DNA of 63,693 bases, filler included, from Chiloscyllium plagiosum (lineage: Eukaryota): NCBI RefSeq assembly GCF_004010195.1. It is 4 parts of one record of this genome, joined end to end, with 100 filler letters (N's around TTAATTAATTAA, not from the genome) between each part and the next. Parts side by side here need not be neighbours in the genome. Positions count along the whole stretch, not along the records: positions 1 to 16,059 come from NC_057714.1; positions 16,160 to 28,648 come from NC_057714.1; 2 more parts are not named here. The stretch is one strand, 5' to 3'. The notes beneath the pieces were generated by a model. The model was not told where the DNA came from, searched no databases, and saw only the letters and a list, made by a program, of their open reading frames with translations. This document shows positions 12,376-25,021 of this stretch, piece by piece (the first letter of the stretch is position 1; each line of letters opens with the position of its first letter). A program made the position numbers and the translations under genes.

Positions 12376-13635
12376 CTTCCAAATAAACCTGCTGGACTAT
12401 TACCTGGTGTTGTGTGACTTTTAATTTTGTTCACCCTAGTCCAACACTGGCTGCTCCACATCATATCTCAGCATCATTACCAGTGCCTTCCACTCAGTGT
12501 CTCCTCAGATATAGATTGTAAATAGTTGAGAAACCAACAGTGCTCCCTGTGACACTCCGCTGGTGATAACTGACTGACCCCGAAGAAGATTCTTTATCCA
12601 TACTCTCTGCTTCCTGAAATAATCATCTCTCCAAGCTAATATATTACTCCATGAAATGTGCAGTCTTACTGTGTGCAAATGTTATTTCATCAAAACTCTC
12701 AGCTCCACTATTTAAACATGGATATTTCCTTTCACCAAACTATGGTGACCCAGCCTGATCGTATTGATTCTTCTCCACATCCTGTTATAATCTCCTTGAT
12801 AATGGAATCTAGCAGCTTCCCAATGACTGATGTTAGGCTAACTGCCCTCTTTTTGTCAATGTAGGGGTTACATTTACTTCTTTCCAATCTGCTAGGACCG
12901 TTCCTGAATCGAAGGAACCTTGGAAGAGTATGACCAATGGATCTCCTGTTTGTGCTGCTGGTTTTTCACAGATATCAGAGTGCATCTGTGCAGCCAGCCT
13001 GCTCAGCCAATTGTTTTCCTCACACTGTTTCCCTGGTGATGGCAACCATTTTAAGGTCATCCCTACCTAGAGGCCCTTGGTTTTCAATGATCTTTGGAAG
13101 TTTACAAACTCTTTAACTATGAAGACAGGGACAAAGCACCTGTTCAAGCCTCTGCTGTTTCTGTTCCCCATTCCCCATACTCTCTCTGGAGATGCTGTTC
13201 CCTATTCTGTACAGCACTGGGATGGACACAGGGCTAGGGGGAACACAGTACGGCAATTGGGATTTTAACTTTGGGATATGGGCATCAGTGGCTGGACTGG
13301 CATTTATTACCCATCCTTTATTACCATTGGGACAGTTAAGTATCAATCACATTGCTGTGGGTCTTGGGTCACATGTAGGCCAGACTGGATAAGGACAGCA
13401 CGGATAGAGGATTGGCAAACTAACAGAAGACACAGAGTTGGGATAAAGTGAGAGGGATACAATTTTCAGAATGGCAAGCTGCAGCTAGTGGAGTTCCACA
13501 GAGATCAGTGCTGGGGCCACACTTATTGATAATCCAGATTAATGACTTCGATGAGGGAAGTACTATGTACTTTCGCAATAACAGAGTATAACCAAGTCTG
13601 TGGCTGACACAAAAACAGGTGAGAAGGTAAGTGTT

Positions 13636-14052
13636 GAGGAAACTGGTGAAGTCCGCGTTGATGCCCTAGGGTTGAACTCGGAACACTTCAACCCTTGGGC
13701 ATCAACGCGGACTTCACCAGTTTCCTCATTTCCCCTCCCCCCACCTTACCCCAGTTCCAACCTCCCAGCTCAGCACTGTCCCCATGACCTGTCCACCTAT
13801 CCACTCCACCCTCCTCTCTGACCTATCAGCTTCATCTCCACCCCCATTCACCTATTGGACTCTTTCTCCCCACTCCCAACCCCCTCTCAGTCATCTTTCC
13901 ACCCCGGAGGCTCCCTGTCTCTATTCCTGATGAAGGGCTTTTGCCCGAAATGTTGATTCTCCTGTTCCCTGGATGCTGCCTGACCTGCTGCGCTTTCCCA
14001 GCAACACATTTTCAGCTCTGATCTCCAGCATCTGCAGACCTCACTTTCTCCT
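13636..14052 (+). mobile_element. Penelope-like 3' fragment with 5' inversion and terminal repeat (family A); CpG-decayed hammerhead at 13927-13954
   Basis: Encodes the GIY-YIG C-terminal end (GTLQPLGINADF-like). Hairpin arms at 13636-13676 and 13687-13727; motif CTGATGAAGGGCTTTTGCCCGAAATGTT. Confidence 0.8.
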
Positions 14053-14124
14053 CACAGGTTAGGGAGTGGGCAAGACCTTGGAAGGTGGATTCCAATGTGG
14101 GAAGATGTGACGTTTTACACATTG

Positions 14125-14400
14125 GCACCACAAGGCTCAGTGGTTAACACTGGTCCCTCTCAGTGCCAGGGACCCAGGTTCAATTCCACCCACAGGTGAC
14201 TGTCTGTGTGGAGTTTGCACATTCTCCCCGTGTCTGCGTGGGTTTCCTCCCACAGTCCAAAGATGTGCAGGTTAAGGTGGATTGACCATGGGAAATGCAG
14301 GGTAATAGAGATAGGGTAGGGGCCCGGGGGTGGGATGCTTTCCAGAGAATCGAAGTAGACTCAATGAGCTGAAAGGCCTGCTTCCACACAGTGGGGATTC
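14125..14400 (+). mobile_element. HE1-type tRNA-derived SINE
   Basis: A-box-like ctcagtgg, B-box ggttcaattcc, core gtgtggagtttgcacattctccccgtgtctgcgtgggtttcctcc, CR1-like tail. Confidence 0.85.
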
Positions 14401-14519
14401 AAGAAAAGAGGTGCTGAATATTATTGAAATGGTGAAAGCTGCAGCACTGAGGGATTTGGGGGCCCTTGTGCATAAATCACAAAACATGAGCATCCAAGTT
14501 TATTGGGAGAGAGGGAAGA

Positions 14520-15490
14520 AATGAACATAAGAACTCGGAGCAGGAGTAGGCCGTCCGGCCCCTCGAGCCTGCTCCCCCATTCAGTAAGATTATGGCTGAT
14601 CATTTCACGGAGTCGAGAATGTGGTGCTAGAAAAACACAGCAGGTCAGACCGCATCTCAGGAGCAGGAGAAATGACGTTTCAGGCATAAGCCCTTCATCA
14701 GGAAGGATCTTTTCATGGCCTCCGCTCCACTTACCCGGCCTCTCACCATAATCCCTAATTCCTTTACTGTTCAAAAATCTATCCAGCTTAGCCTAAAACA
14801 TTTCCTGGAGTAGTGTCAACCACTTCCCTGGGCAGGGAATTCCATCAATTCACAACCCTCTGGGTGAAGACGTTCCTTCTCAGTTCAGTCCTAAATCTGC
14901 TCCCTCTAATTTGGAGGCTATATCCTCTTGTCCTAGTTTCACCTGCCAATGGAAACATCCTCTCTACCTCTGTTTTATCCATTCCTTTCATAATTTTATA
15001 TGTTTCGATGAAATCCCTCCTAATTCGTCTAAATTCCAATCAATATAATCCCAGTCTACTCAGTCTCTCCTCATAAACCAATCCCCTCAACTCCAGAAAC
15101 AACCCAGTGAGCCCCCTCTGCACCCCCTCCAGTGCCAGTACATCCTTTCTCAAGTAAGGAGACCAAATCTGTACACAGTACCCCAGGTGTGGCCTCATCA
15201 GCACCCTGTACAGCTGCAGCATAACCTCCTTATTTTTAATCTTGAATCTCTCTAGCAATGAAGGACAATATTCTATTTGCCTTCCTAATTACCTGTTGTA
15301 CCTGCAAACCACCTTATTGTGATTCATGCACAAGGATTCCTAGCTCCCTCTGCACAGCAGCATGCTGCAACTTTTCACCATTTAAATAATAGTCCATTTT
15401 GCTTTATTCTGACCAAAATGGATGACCTCACATTTACCAACACTGTACTCCAGCTGACAGACCCTTGTCCACTCACCTAACCTATCTATA
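14520..15490 (-). mobile_element. CR1 LINE 3' fragment interrupted by a family-A PLE repeat (14611-14705)
   Basis: ORFs 14845..15039 and 15040..15258; insert flanked by gatcatttcacgg (14598-14610) / gatcttttcatgg (14706-14718). Confidence 0.88.
14674..14701 (-). ncRNA. Minimal hammerhead ribozyme motif (family A)
   Basis: Minus strand reads CTGATGA-A-GGGC-TTAT-GCCT-GAAACGTC. Confidence 0.75.
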
Positions 15491-15890
15491 TTGTCATTAA
15501 TTTGAAAGGGAATGGAGCAGAATATTAGGGAGGCTTGACTAGCCAGACCACGGCTGGAATCCTGTGAACAGTCCTGGGGCCCCTCAGCTAAGAAAGGAAA
15601 AATTATTCTGACGTTGAAGACAGTCCAGAGAAGGGTCACTTAGCTGACCCCAGTTATGGAGGGGCTGACTTATAAGGTTCAGTAGATTGGGCCTATTCTC
15701 ACTGGAGTTTAGGAAAATGAGAGGCAACTTTATTGAAACACACAAGATTCTAAAATTTTCAGCATATGGACCAGGTGCTGCAAAGTGTAGATTTAGGATT
15801 GATTTTGTCAGTGCTGACTCAATGGGCTGAAGGGCCTCCTACAGCACAATTCAAAAGGAAGCTAATAGGACAGATATGGAGGGACCACCA

Positions 15891-16059
15891 CAGACTCCAC
15901 ATGGACCCTACTCCCTCCACATGGACCCTCTACACAGACTCCACTCCCTCCACATGGACCCTACTCCCTCCACATGGACCCTACTCCCTCCACATGCACC
16001 CTCTACACAGACTCCACTCCCTCCACATGGACCCTACCCCCTCCACACTGACCCTGCAC
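15891..16059. repeat. Minisatellite, ~20-bp unit (ccacatggaccctactccct), running into a gap
   Basis: Tandem units seen directly. Confidence 0.9.
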
Positions 16060-16159
16060 NNNNNNNNNNNNNNNNNNNNNNNNNNNNNNNNNNNNNNNNN
16101 NNNTTAATTAATTAANNNNNNNNNNNNNNNNNNNNNNNNNNNNNNNNNNNNNNNNNNNN
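16060..16159. other. Assembly linker gap N44-TTAATTAATTAA-N44; identical linkers at 28649-28748 and 57296-57395; 500-N gap at 50451-50950
   Basis: The same 12-mer, which gives stops in all six frames, is centred in three 100-bp N runs. Confidence 0.95.
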
Positions 16160-16980
16160 GTGACTGGGCTTGTATACCCTTGAGTTTAGAAGGCTGAGAA
16201 GGGATCTGATTATTAAAGGATTGGACACTCTGGCGGCAGGCAACATGTTTCCGCTGTGGGGTGAGTGCCGAAACAGAGGACACAGCTTAAAAGTACGGGG
16301 TAGGCCATTTAGGACAGAGATGAGGAGAAACTTGTTCACCCAGAGAGTGGTGGCTGTGTGGAATGCTCTGCCCCAGAGGGCAGTGGAGGCCCAGTCTCTG
16401 GATTCATTTAAGAAAGAGTTGGATAGAGCTCTCAAGGATAGTGGAATCAAGGATTATGGAGATAAGGCAGGAACAGGATACTGATTAAGGATGATCAGCC
16501 ATGATCATATTGAATGGTGGTGCAGGCTCGAAGGGCAGAATGGCTCACTGGTCTGTAGTTACCCGGGATATCCCTACTACCCTTCTTGTACAGGGGGACA
16601 ACGTGAGCAACCCTCCAGTCCTCCGGCACCTCACCTGTGCTAAAGGATGCTACAAAGATACCTGTCAGGGCTCCAGTTATTTCCTGTCTTGCCTCCCTCA
16701 GCAACCTGAGATGGATACCATCTGGTCTTGTGGATTTGTCCACCTTAATATCCTCTAGCCTACGCAACACATCTTCCCTTCTTATGCTAACGTGATCCAG
16801 AGTCAACAAACTTCTATCTCTAATCTCAAACTTCATCATGTCCCTCTTCTCAGTGAACACTGATGCAAAGTAATCATTCAGAATCTCACCCATTTTCTCA
16901 GGTTCGACACATAGCCTGCCTTCCTTATCCTTTAGTGGACCATCCCTTTCTCTAGTTACCCGCTTGCTTCTTATATATGA
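16160..16980. mobile_element. Two abutting CR1 fragments: 3' end (+, 16160-16547) and ORF2 middle (-, 16545-16980)
   Basis: ORF 16170..16484 (FTQRVVAVWNALP) and ORF 16495..16893 (LNDYFASVFT...VPEDWRVAHVVPLYKKG). Confidence 0.88.
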
Positions 16981-17899
16981 ATAAATTATATCAGATCTAC
17001 TGTAAAATTATATCATGTTATGGTCACTCATCCCTTAAAGGTTCTTTTACAACTAGGTTTTTAGTTTGCCGTTTTCATTACGTGATGCTATATCGAAAAT
17101 GGCCTTTCTTCCAGTTGGCTCCAATATTCCCTCCAACAGCCACAAAGGCCCACGTGCAACAGTCAAAGGCCCACACAGTCATTCAGAAAATTAAAGGGAA
17201 ATGCTGGTTCAGTCTTCCACAAACCACCCGTACCTACATGCTTCTCTCATCTCCTGATTAGTTAACTGCCATCGTTGTAGTCCCATAGGATCACTCTTAT
17301 TAAGGCAAGGTTGAGAAGGTAGGACCTTCACACTAACTTCAGCCAGTGCTGTTGGTGTGGTTCTGCATTGCAACCCAGCCATCTAGCTAAGTGACACCTG
17401 ATCTCCTGGGCAATACCCGGCCCGACCCTCCCACTACTACTTGGTGGCCTATAAATAACTCTAATCAATATCCAATGCCCCTTGCTGCTTCTGAGTTCAC
17501 CCAAACAGATTCCACACATTGTTCTCCCTTATTAAGATACTGATCCCACCCCTAATTATAAGTGCAATTTGATCTCCTTTTCCCTCTTGTCTGTCTGTCC
17601 TAATGATTGAATATCCTTAACTATTCAGTTCCCAGTCCTGGTCACCATGCTGCTATGTTTCTGTATTGTTAATTAGGTTATACCCATGTGCCTTTAGATC
17701 ATTGACTTTGCTGGAAATGCTGCAGCAAAGGTAGAGAGCCATATAGACTCATACAGCACAGAAGAGGCTCATCAGCACTGCCCTATCTACGCTAATCTAA
17801 TTTCCCAGTGTTTGGGACGTTGTGATACTTAAAATGCTTATCCAAGTACTTTATGAACGTTTTGAGGTTTCCTACCTCAACGCTCCTCCCAGGCAGTGC

Positions 17900-18960
17900 A
17901 TTTCAGTCCTCTACCACCCTATGGGTGAATAAGCACTTCTCCTTAAATCCCTTCAAAACCACCTGCCTTTCGCCTTGAAATTATGACCCTTTGCTATTTA
18001 CCCTTCATCTAAGGGATCAGCTGCTTCTTATCCACCCTGACAATGCCCCTCATAAGATTATACATCTCAATCCATAAGAAATAGGAACAAAAATGTGATG
18101 TTCAGTCCCTTCAGACAACTTTACCAATCAATAGGATCATATCTGACCTGACATTCCTCACTTGCACTTTCCTGTGTTTTCCCTGTAATCCTTGATTCCC
18201 TTACAGATCAAGAATCTTTCCATCTCATCCTTAAATATACACAAGGTCTATGCCCCCACAGCTCTCTGTGGCAAAGAGTCCCAAAGACACTCAGCCCTCT
18301 GAGAAAAGACATTTCTCCTTGTCTCCGTTTTAAATTGGTGTCCCTTTACTCTGAGCCTATGACCTCTGGTCCTAGACTCTCCCATGAAGAGAACCATCCT
18401 CTCAGCATTCACTTTGTCAAGCCCCTTAAGAATACGATATGTTTTAATGAGGTCACCTCTTATTCTCCTAAATGAGTAGAGTCTCAACGTGTTTTACTTT
18501 GCTCATAATACAATTCCTCCATACCAGTGATCATCCAAGTGAATCTTCTCTGAACTGTCTCAAATGGAATGATACCTTTCCTTAAATAAGGGAACCAAAA
18601 CTGCTCACAATATTCCAGATGTGGTCTCATATTATACAGTTGCAGTCTTATATTCCAACCCTCTTGAAATAAAGGCCAATATTCCATTCGCCTTTCCTGA
18701 TTACCTGCTGCACCAATGTTCTAGCTTTTTGAGTTTCGTTTACACGTAGCCCTCAAATCCCTTTGTGTTCCAACTTTCTGCACTTTTTCTCCATTTAAAT
18801 AGTACTCTATTCTTTTGATCTCCCTTTCAAAATGAACAACTTCACATCTTCCCACTTTCTACTCCTTTTGTTAACTTTTTGCCTACTTAGCTATGACTAT
18901 CTCTCTGTGAACTGTTTATATCCCTCCCACAACTTGTGCGTTCTGTCTACGTCTGTGTCA
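17900..18960 (-). mobile_element. Older, degenerate CR1 3' fragments
   Basis: ORFs 18248..18487 and 18484..18687 (RPHLEYCEQFW...RRFT). Confidence 0.8.
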
Positions 18961-19304
18961 TTTGCAAATTAGACTACAGTACATTTGTTTCCTTCCTCCA
19001 AATCTTTGTCTTTTTGACATCATTCTGCTTTTGAAGCATGCTCAATGCTCAGTTTTGATTCTCCTGCCTTCTAGTCTACCCAGATCTTTTTTGGCTTCAT
19101 GTAACTTGTTTAACTGCCTTCCAATTTGTGTTACCCCTCAGATTCCCATCCCACAGCAGTACTGGCAAATCTCCAAGCGTCAATATTAGTCCTAGTCCTG
19201 TAAAAGATGTACCCACCTACCCAGGACTGGACCCAGTTCCTCAGAAACCTGATGCTCTCCAAGCTCTCTCTTTTCTCTCTCTCTCTTCTCTCTCTCTCTC
19301 CCTT

Positions 19305-19337
<33 letters not shown>

Positions 19338-19533
19338 NNNNNNNNNNNNNNNNNNNTCTCCCTTTCTCTCTTTCATTGAATTCCCTCATCTCTGTGTTAC
19401 ACCTCCCTGGGGTAGCGCATTGGAAATCAAGCCCTGTTGTGAAAGTGCAAATTTCTTTTGATCCATTGCTCACATTGCATGTGAAATAATGGGGGATAGG
19501 GTAGGTGGACGGTCTAGGTCTTGGTATGAAGCT

Positions 19534-19854
19534 GATTAGATTAGATTTCCTACAGTGTGGAAACAGGCCCTTCGGCCCAACAAATCCACACTGACCTGCC
19601 GAAGCGCAACCCACCCAAACCCATTCCCCTACATTTACCCCTGCACCTAACACTACGGGCAATTTAGCCTGGCTAATTCACCTAACCTGCAAATTTTTGG
19701 ACTGTGGGAGGAAACCGGAGCACCCGGAGTAAACCCAGTCAGACATGGGGAGAATGTGCAAACTCCACACAGTCAGTTGCCTGAGGCTGGAAACAAACCT
19801 GGGTCCCTGGTGCTGTGAGGCAGCAGTGCTAACCACTGTGCCACCGTGCCGCCC
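19534..19854 (-). mobile_element. Full-length HE1-type SINE (V-SINE); another copy at ~23380-23705 (-)
   Basis: Minus strand begins gggcggcacggtggcacagtggttagcactgctgcc (tRNA head), has the central core, and ends in a CR1-like tail gggcctgtttccacactgtagg...(atcta)n. Confidence 0.9.
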
Positions 19855-20158
19855 ATTTAGAGAAATGATGTGGACTCGATGGGCTGAATGGCCTTTTTCG
19901 GCACTGTAGGCATTCTATGATTCTGTGAACTGCTCTTTCACTCCTCTCTGCCTCTGTCAAAAGTATTTAAAAAATGTGTTTTCCAACAGTTTTCAGTTCT
20001 GAAGCAGACCCTCACCAGACTTGAAACATTAACTCTGTTTCTCTCTCAGCATATCTATCAGATCTGCCGAGTTTCTCTGGCTTTCTCTGTAATTGTTTCA
20101 GATTTCTAGCCTCTGCAGTAGGAAGCCTTTATTCGATTGTTTTTGGTGTTGTGTTTAG

Positions 20159-20405
20159 ATGATTCTAGAGAGAAAGATGAATGTTCGACTCCAGAAGCGC
20201 TTGCTGAAGGGACCAGAGCCAGCAAAACCATCGCCAGACCCTGACCAGAAAGAACCAACATCAACCAAAACCACAGGTGTACCTCCCACAGAGGGAGCCA
20301 TCCCACCTGTGCTGCATGGAGACCGAGTGCTCAGTAATCCAACAACAAACCTCAGCTCATATAATCCAATAACTCACAGCACCATATCATATGTATCCTC
20401 TCACA
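20159..20405 (+). CDS. Candidate exon of an unidentified plus-strand gene (Pro/Ser/Thr-rich)
   Basis: Acceptor ttgtgtttag|ATG, donor CACA|gtgagt; open frame MILERK...YVSSH ending in phase 1; non-repetitive sequence. Confidence 0.5.
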
Positions 20406-20764
20406 GTGAGTATCAGGTGGCAATGCTTGCTCCCAGCAAAAACAATTGCTGTGAAGCTCGTTAACATAAGGATTGGCACAGATCACATAGCTCCTTGAAA
20501 CTACTGAATCATTCATTATTATTGTGGATGATCTGATTGTAGCCTTGATTCTCTGAGACAGCAAAAATCACTCTCCCAGCCTTAAGTATATCCAACAATG
20601 GAGACTCCACAATTCTTTCGGACAGAGAACTCCAAATATTTACCTTTGAGTGAGTAATTTCTCCATTTCCCTGTCCTCAGTGACCTGCCTATTACCCTGA
20701 GACTGTATCCTGTATATTAGATTCTGCAGCTGGGCGAGCTATTTTGGAGATCAGTCATCAGTCA

Positions 20765-21200
20765 GGATGTTGCCTGCTGTGGTGGGAAGGTCTTATGAGC
20801 AAAGGCTGAGGGACTTGAGGCTGTTTTCGTTAGAGAGAAGGTTGAGAGGTGACTTAATAGAGACATATAAGATAATCAGAGGGTTAGATAGGGTGGACAG
20901 GGAGAGGCATTTTCCTCGGATGGTAATGGCTAGCACGAGGGGACATTGCTTTAAATTGAGGGGTGATAGATATAGGACAGATGTCAGAGGTAGTTTCTTT
21001 ACTCAGAGTAGTAGGGGCGTGGGACACACAGCCTGCAGCAGTAGTAGACTCACCAACTTTAAGGGCATTTCAATGGTCATTGGATAAACATATGGATGAA
21101 AACTGAATAGTGTAGGATAGATGAGCTTCAGATTGGTTCCACAGGTCGGTGCAACATCGAGGGCCGAAGGGCCTGTACTGTGCTGTAATGTTCTATGTTC
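20765..21200 (+). mobile_element. CR1 3' end
   Basis: ORF 20767..21087; tail of ttctatg repeats. Confidence 0.85.
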
Positions 21201-22124
21201 TACTGTTCAGGAGTTCCTCAGGGTAGTGACCTAGGCTCAACCAACCTCAGCCACTTCATCGATGAACTTTCCTTATTCATAAAGTTAGAAGTGGGGATGT
21301 TGCCAATGATTGTGCAATGTTCAGCACCACTCACAACTCCTCAGAGACTGAAGCAGTCCGTGTTCAAATGCAACAAGATCTAAATAATATCTAGCCTTGA
21401 GTTGACAACTGGCAAGTAATATTTGTACCATACAAATGCCAGCAATGACCATCTCTCTAATCACTGCCCCTACACATTCAATGGTTGCCATCACTGAATC
21501 CCCCACTATTAACATCTAGAGGGTCACTGTTGATCAGAAGCTCAACTGAACTCAGAGGCTACAAGAGCAGGTCAGAGGCTAGGAACCCTGCAGCGAGTAA
21601 CTCCGCTCCTAATTCCCCAAAGCCTGTCCACCTACAAGGCACAAGTCAGAAGTGTGATGGAATACTCTCCACTTGCCTGGATGGGTACAGCCCCAACAAC
21701 TCTCAAGAGTCCAGGACAAAGCAACCCCCACTTGATTGGCACCACCACATCCACAAACATCAACCCCTCCATTATTAACGCTGAGTAGCTGTAGTGTGTA
21801 CTATTTGCAAGGTTCACTGCAGATGTTTAGCACCTTCAACACTTAGAACCATTTCCATCTAGAAAGACAAGGGCAGCAGGTACATGAGAGCAATATCATC
21901 TGCAAGTTCACCTCCAAACCACTCACCGTTTTGACATGGAAATAGATCACCATTCCTTTAGTGTCGCATTGTGAGTCAACGTATTGCACATGGACTGCAG
22001 CAGTTTAAGAAGGCAACTCAGCACCACATTCTCAAAGGCAACTAGGGATGGGACAATAAATGCTAGCCAGTCAATGATGCCTACCTCCCATTTTTAAAAA
22101 AAATTCAAAGAATATTGACCAATT

Positions 22125-22560
22125 AGCAAGTTTTGAGAGGATTTGTAGCTCGAGTTGAGGTTCTGGATATAAGCTTGCTTGCTAAGCTGGAAGGTTCATT
22201 TTCAGACATTTCATCACCATACTAGGTAACATCGGTGAGCCTCCAGGGAAGCAATCGTGTTAGTGACCCACTTTCTATTTATGTTTAGGTTTCCTTGGGT
22301 TGGTGATGTCATTTCCTGTTCTTTTTCTCAGCAGGTGGTAAATGGGTTCCAAATCAATGTGTTTGTTGATAGAGTTCCGGGTGGAATGCCATGCGTCTAG
22401 GAATTCTCGTGTGTGTCTCTGTTTGGCTTGTCCTAGGATGGATGTGTTGTCCCTGTCGAAGTGGTGTCCTTCCTCATCTGTGTGTAAGGATGCTAGTGAG
22501 AGAGGGTCATGTCTTTTTGTGGCTAGTTGGTGTTTATGTATCCTGGTGGCTAGTTTTGAG
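22125..22560 (-). mobile_element. Penelope-like 3' fragment (family C) with a degenerate hammerhead at ~22203-22240
   Basis: Minus strand encodes the GIY-YIG C-terminus REFLDAWHSTRNSINKHIDLEPIY; homologous to 31546-31866. Confidence 0.75.
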
Positions 22561-22619
22561 GTTTTTTGATTAGATTCCCTACAGTGTGAAAATAGGCCCT
22601 TTGGCCCAACAAGTCCACA

Positions 22620-22905
22620 CTAACCCTCCCTGACTGCACTGTGAGGGCGGGGTGGGGGGGGGAGCTCCCTACACCTTCCCTGACAGCAATGTTGGGGGGG
22701 TGGGGTCCTACACCCTCCTTGACAGCACTGTTGGGGGGGGGGGGGTCCCTCCCTGTGTGGGGCCCCTACACCCTCCCTGACTGCAGGGTTTGGGGGGGGG
22801 GGGGAGAGTCCCTACACCCTCCCTGACTGCACTGGGGGGGGGCGGTCCCTTCACCCTCCCCCCCCCCCCCTGATAGCACTGTGGGGGTCCCTACACCCTC
22901 CCTGA
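22620..22905. repeat. G-tract minisatellite (ccctacaccctccctgactgcactgt-Gn), ~7 units
   Basis: Tandem units with variable G runs seen directly. Confidence 0.85.
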
Positions 22906-24428
22906 TGCCTACTTTGTTTCCTGAATATTATGTGCAATCTGTATATTTTAAGCTGTCAGCACTCCCCCACCCCACCCCACCCCATAAACCATTAGCTTCC
23001 ATATTATCTTTTTTATATTGAATACAATTTGGAAATCCAAACATGCTTTTATCAACTGGTTCTCCTTATCTAACATTCAGGTTACATACTCCCACAAGAA
23101 TAAATTTGCCAAACACAATTGCCCTTTCATAAAACCATAATCACTTGGAACATCCTGAGATCTTCTATAACCTTTTGTGTTCGTAGAATCCCTACAGTGT
23201 AGAAGCAGAACATTTGACCCACTGAGTCTACTCCCATTCTCCAAAGAGCATCCCACCCAGACTCTCCTGTCCCCTAGTACCTTCCTGCTTGCTGTCATAC
23301 ACTGGGCTCCAGTCTCCTCCCACCACCCTCTGTCTCCTGTCACAAAAGCCAGTTTTGGATCCACTTTGCCAAGTTTCATCGAATCCCTACAAAGTAGAAA
23401 CAGGCCGGTTGGTCCTACAAGTCCACACTGACCCTCTGAAGAGTATCCCACCCAGACCCATTCCTATTACTCTACATTTAACCCTGACTAATTCACCTAA
23501 CCTACACATCCCTGAACACTATGGGCAATTCATCATGGCCAATTCACCTGCCCTGCACATTTTTGGACTGTGGGAGGAAACCCACACAGATACGGGGAGA
23601 ATGTACAAACTCCACACAGACAGTCACCTGAGGCGGGAATCAAACCTGGGTCCCTGGCACTGTGAGGTAGCAGTGCTAACCACTGGGCCACCATGCCACC
23701 CCCAGTTATCCTGGATTCCATGAGCTTTTACCTTCTTCATCAGTTTCCCATGTGAGACCTTGTCAAAGGCCTTGCTGAAATCTGTATAAACTCCAATAGC
23801 TGCGCTACACATCCTCTGTCTCTGCTGCTGTGTCTTTTAGAACCTGTAGCTATACCCCATAACGTCCTGGGGATTTGATGGATTTTAAGCCTTTAATTTT
23901 TTTGCAGTACTTTTACTCTGCCGCTAACTCTTACCTGGACTTCTCACTTGTATTAGCTTTGAGGTTGCTTTCTATTTCTGGAATGTAAGTTGTGTCTGTA
24001 ACCACTGGGAAGACAGACAGAATGTATTCATTCTATGTGTCTGCAATTTCTTCATTGCCCAAAATCTCTCCTATTTCTGCTTCTACGTTAGTTTAGCTTT
24101 TCTCTTTGATATAGTTGTAAAAGCTTTCACAATTTGGTTTTAATATTCCTAGCTAGTTTACTCTTTGGATTCATATAGCACTGAAACGGCCCCTCGGCCC
24201 ACCAAGTCTGCACTGACATAACTAATCCCAATTTCCTGCACTTGTATATATCTTTGAATGTTGTGATATTTTAACTGTTCATCCAAATATTTCTGCCCTT
24301 TCACCAATATTTCGATGGTCCTCAGCTAACCTGTAAAACACTTCCAATCCTAAGACTTGCTCATATTCTTTTCAATGTTCTATAAGCCCCATCTTACGAT
24401 CTCACTGACTTTATCTCACTGTCCGCAG

Positions 24429-24577
24429 ATGATATGATTAAGAAGAAACAGCTCCACGCTCCCACTGCATTCCATCAGACGCATGGTTATTTAGTGAACA
24501 GAGTAAATGAAAATCCGAGTGTGCAGGAATTGTGCAGCACACAACAGCAGAGTATCGATGCTCAGCAAATCACAGCC
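24429..24577 (+). CDS. Candidate internal exon (phase 1 to 0)
   Basis: Acceptor tctcactgtccgcag|, donor GCC|gtgagt; open frame DMIKKKQLHAPTAFHQTHGYLVNRVNENPSVQELCSTQQQSIDAQQITA. Confidence 0.55.
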
Positions 24578-24865
24578 GTGAGTAACTGTACCTCATCTTA
24601 CTCCAATCCCCCACCATTCCCCATTTCCTTCTCTGCTCCTATTCCCTATCTATCCACACTATACTCTGTATGTTTAACCCCGTGGAAACTCTTGCTCGGC
24701 ATGGTAGTGTCCCCACTTCTGAGCCAGGAGGCCTATGTCAAGTCCTAACAACTCTAGAGGTGTGTCATAACATCTCTGAACAAGTTGATGAGAAAATATA
24801 TGTTTAACACTGGTTTTGGATACCTCTTGCACTGAATTCTGTTTCTGTTATGCTTGGCTCAACAG

Positions 24866-25021
24866 GGCCTTTCCAACTCAGAATCACATGGCATCAAGTC
24901 AGCTCCTGTTGGCAGAAGCCGCCCGGCTTCCCACTATCACCAGACAGCTGTCAACAACATCCTAACCAGGAAGGAAGCTGGGCAGCGAGGTTTGGGAATG
25001 ACTGTATCCTGTGCTCCACTG
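24866..25021 (+). CDS. Candidate internal exon (phase 0 to 0)
   Basis: Acceptor ggctcaacag|, donor CTG|gtgagt; 52 open codons GLSNSESHG...VSCAPL. Confidence 0.55.

Noticed and set aside
16104..16115. Palindromic TTAATTAATTAA repeated three times (also ~28693 and ~57340)
   Set aside because: Always centred in a 100-bp N gap; an artificial six-frame-stop scaffolding linker, not biology.
19780..19854. tRNA gene
   Set aside because: tRNA-derived head of an HE1 SINE; it continues into the SINE core and has no intact cloverleaf.
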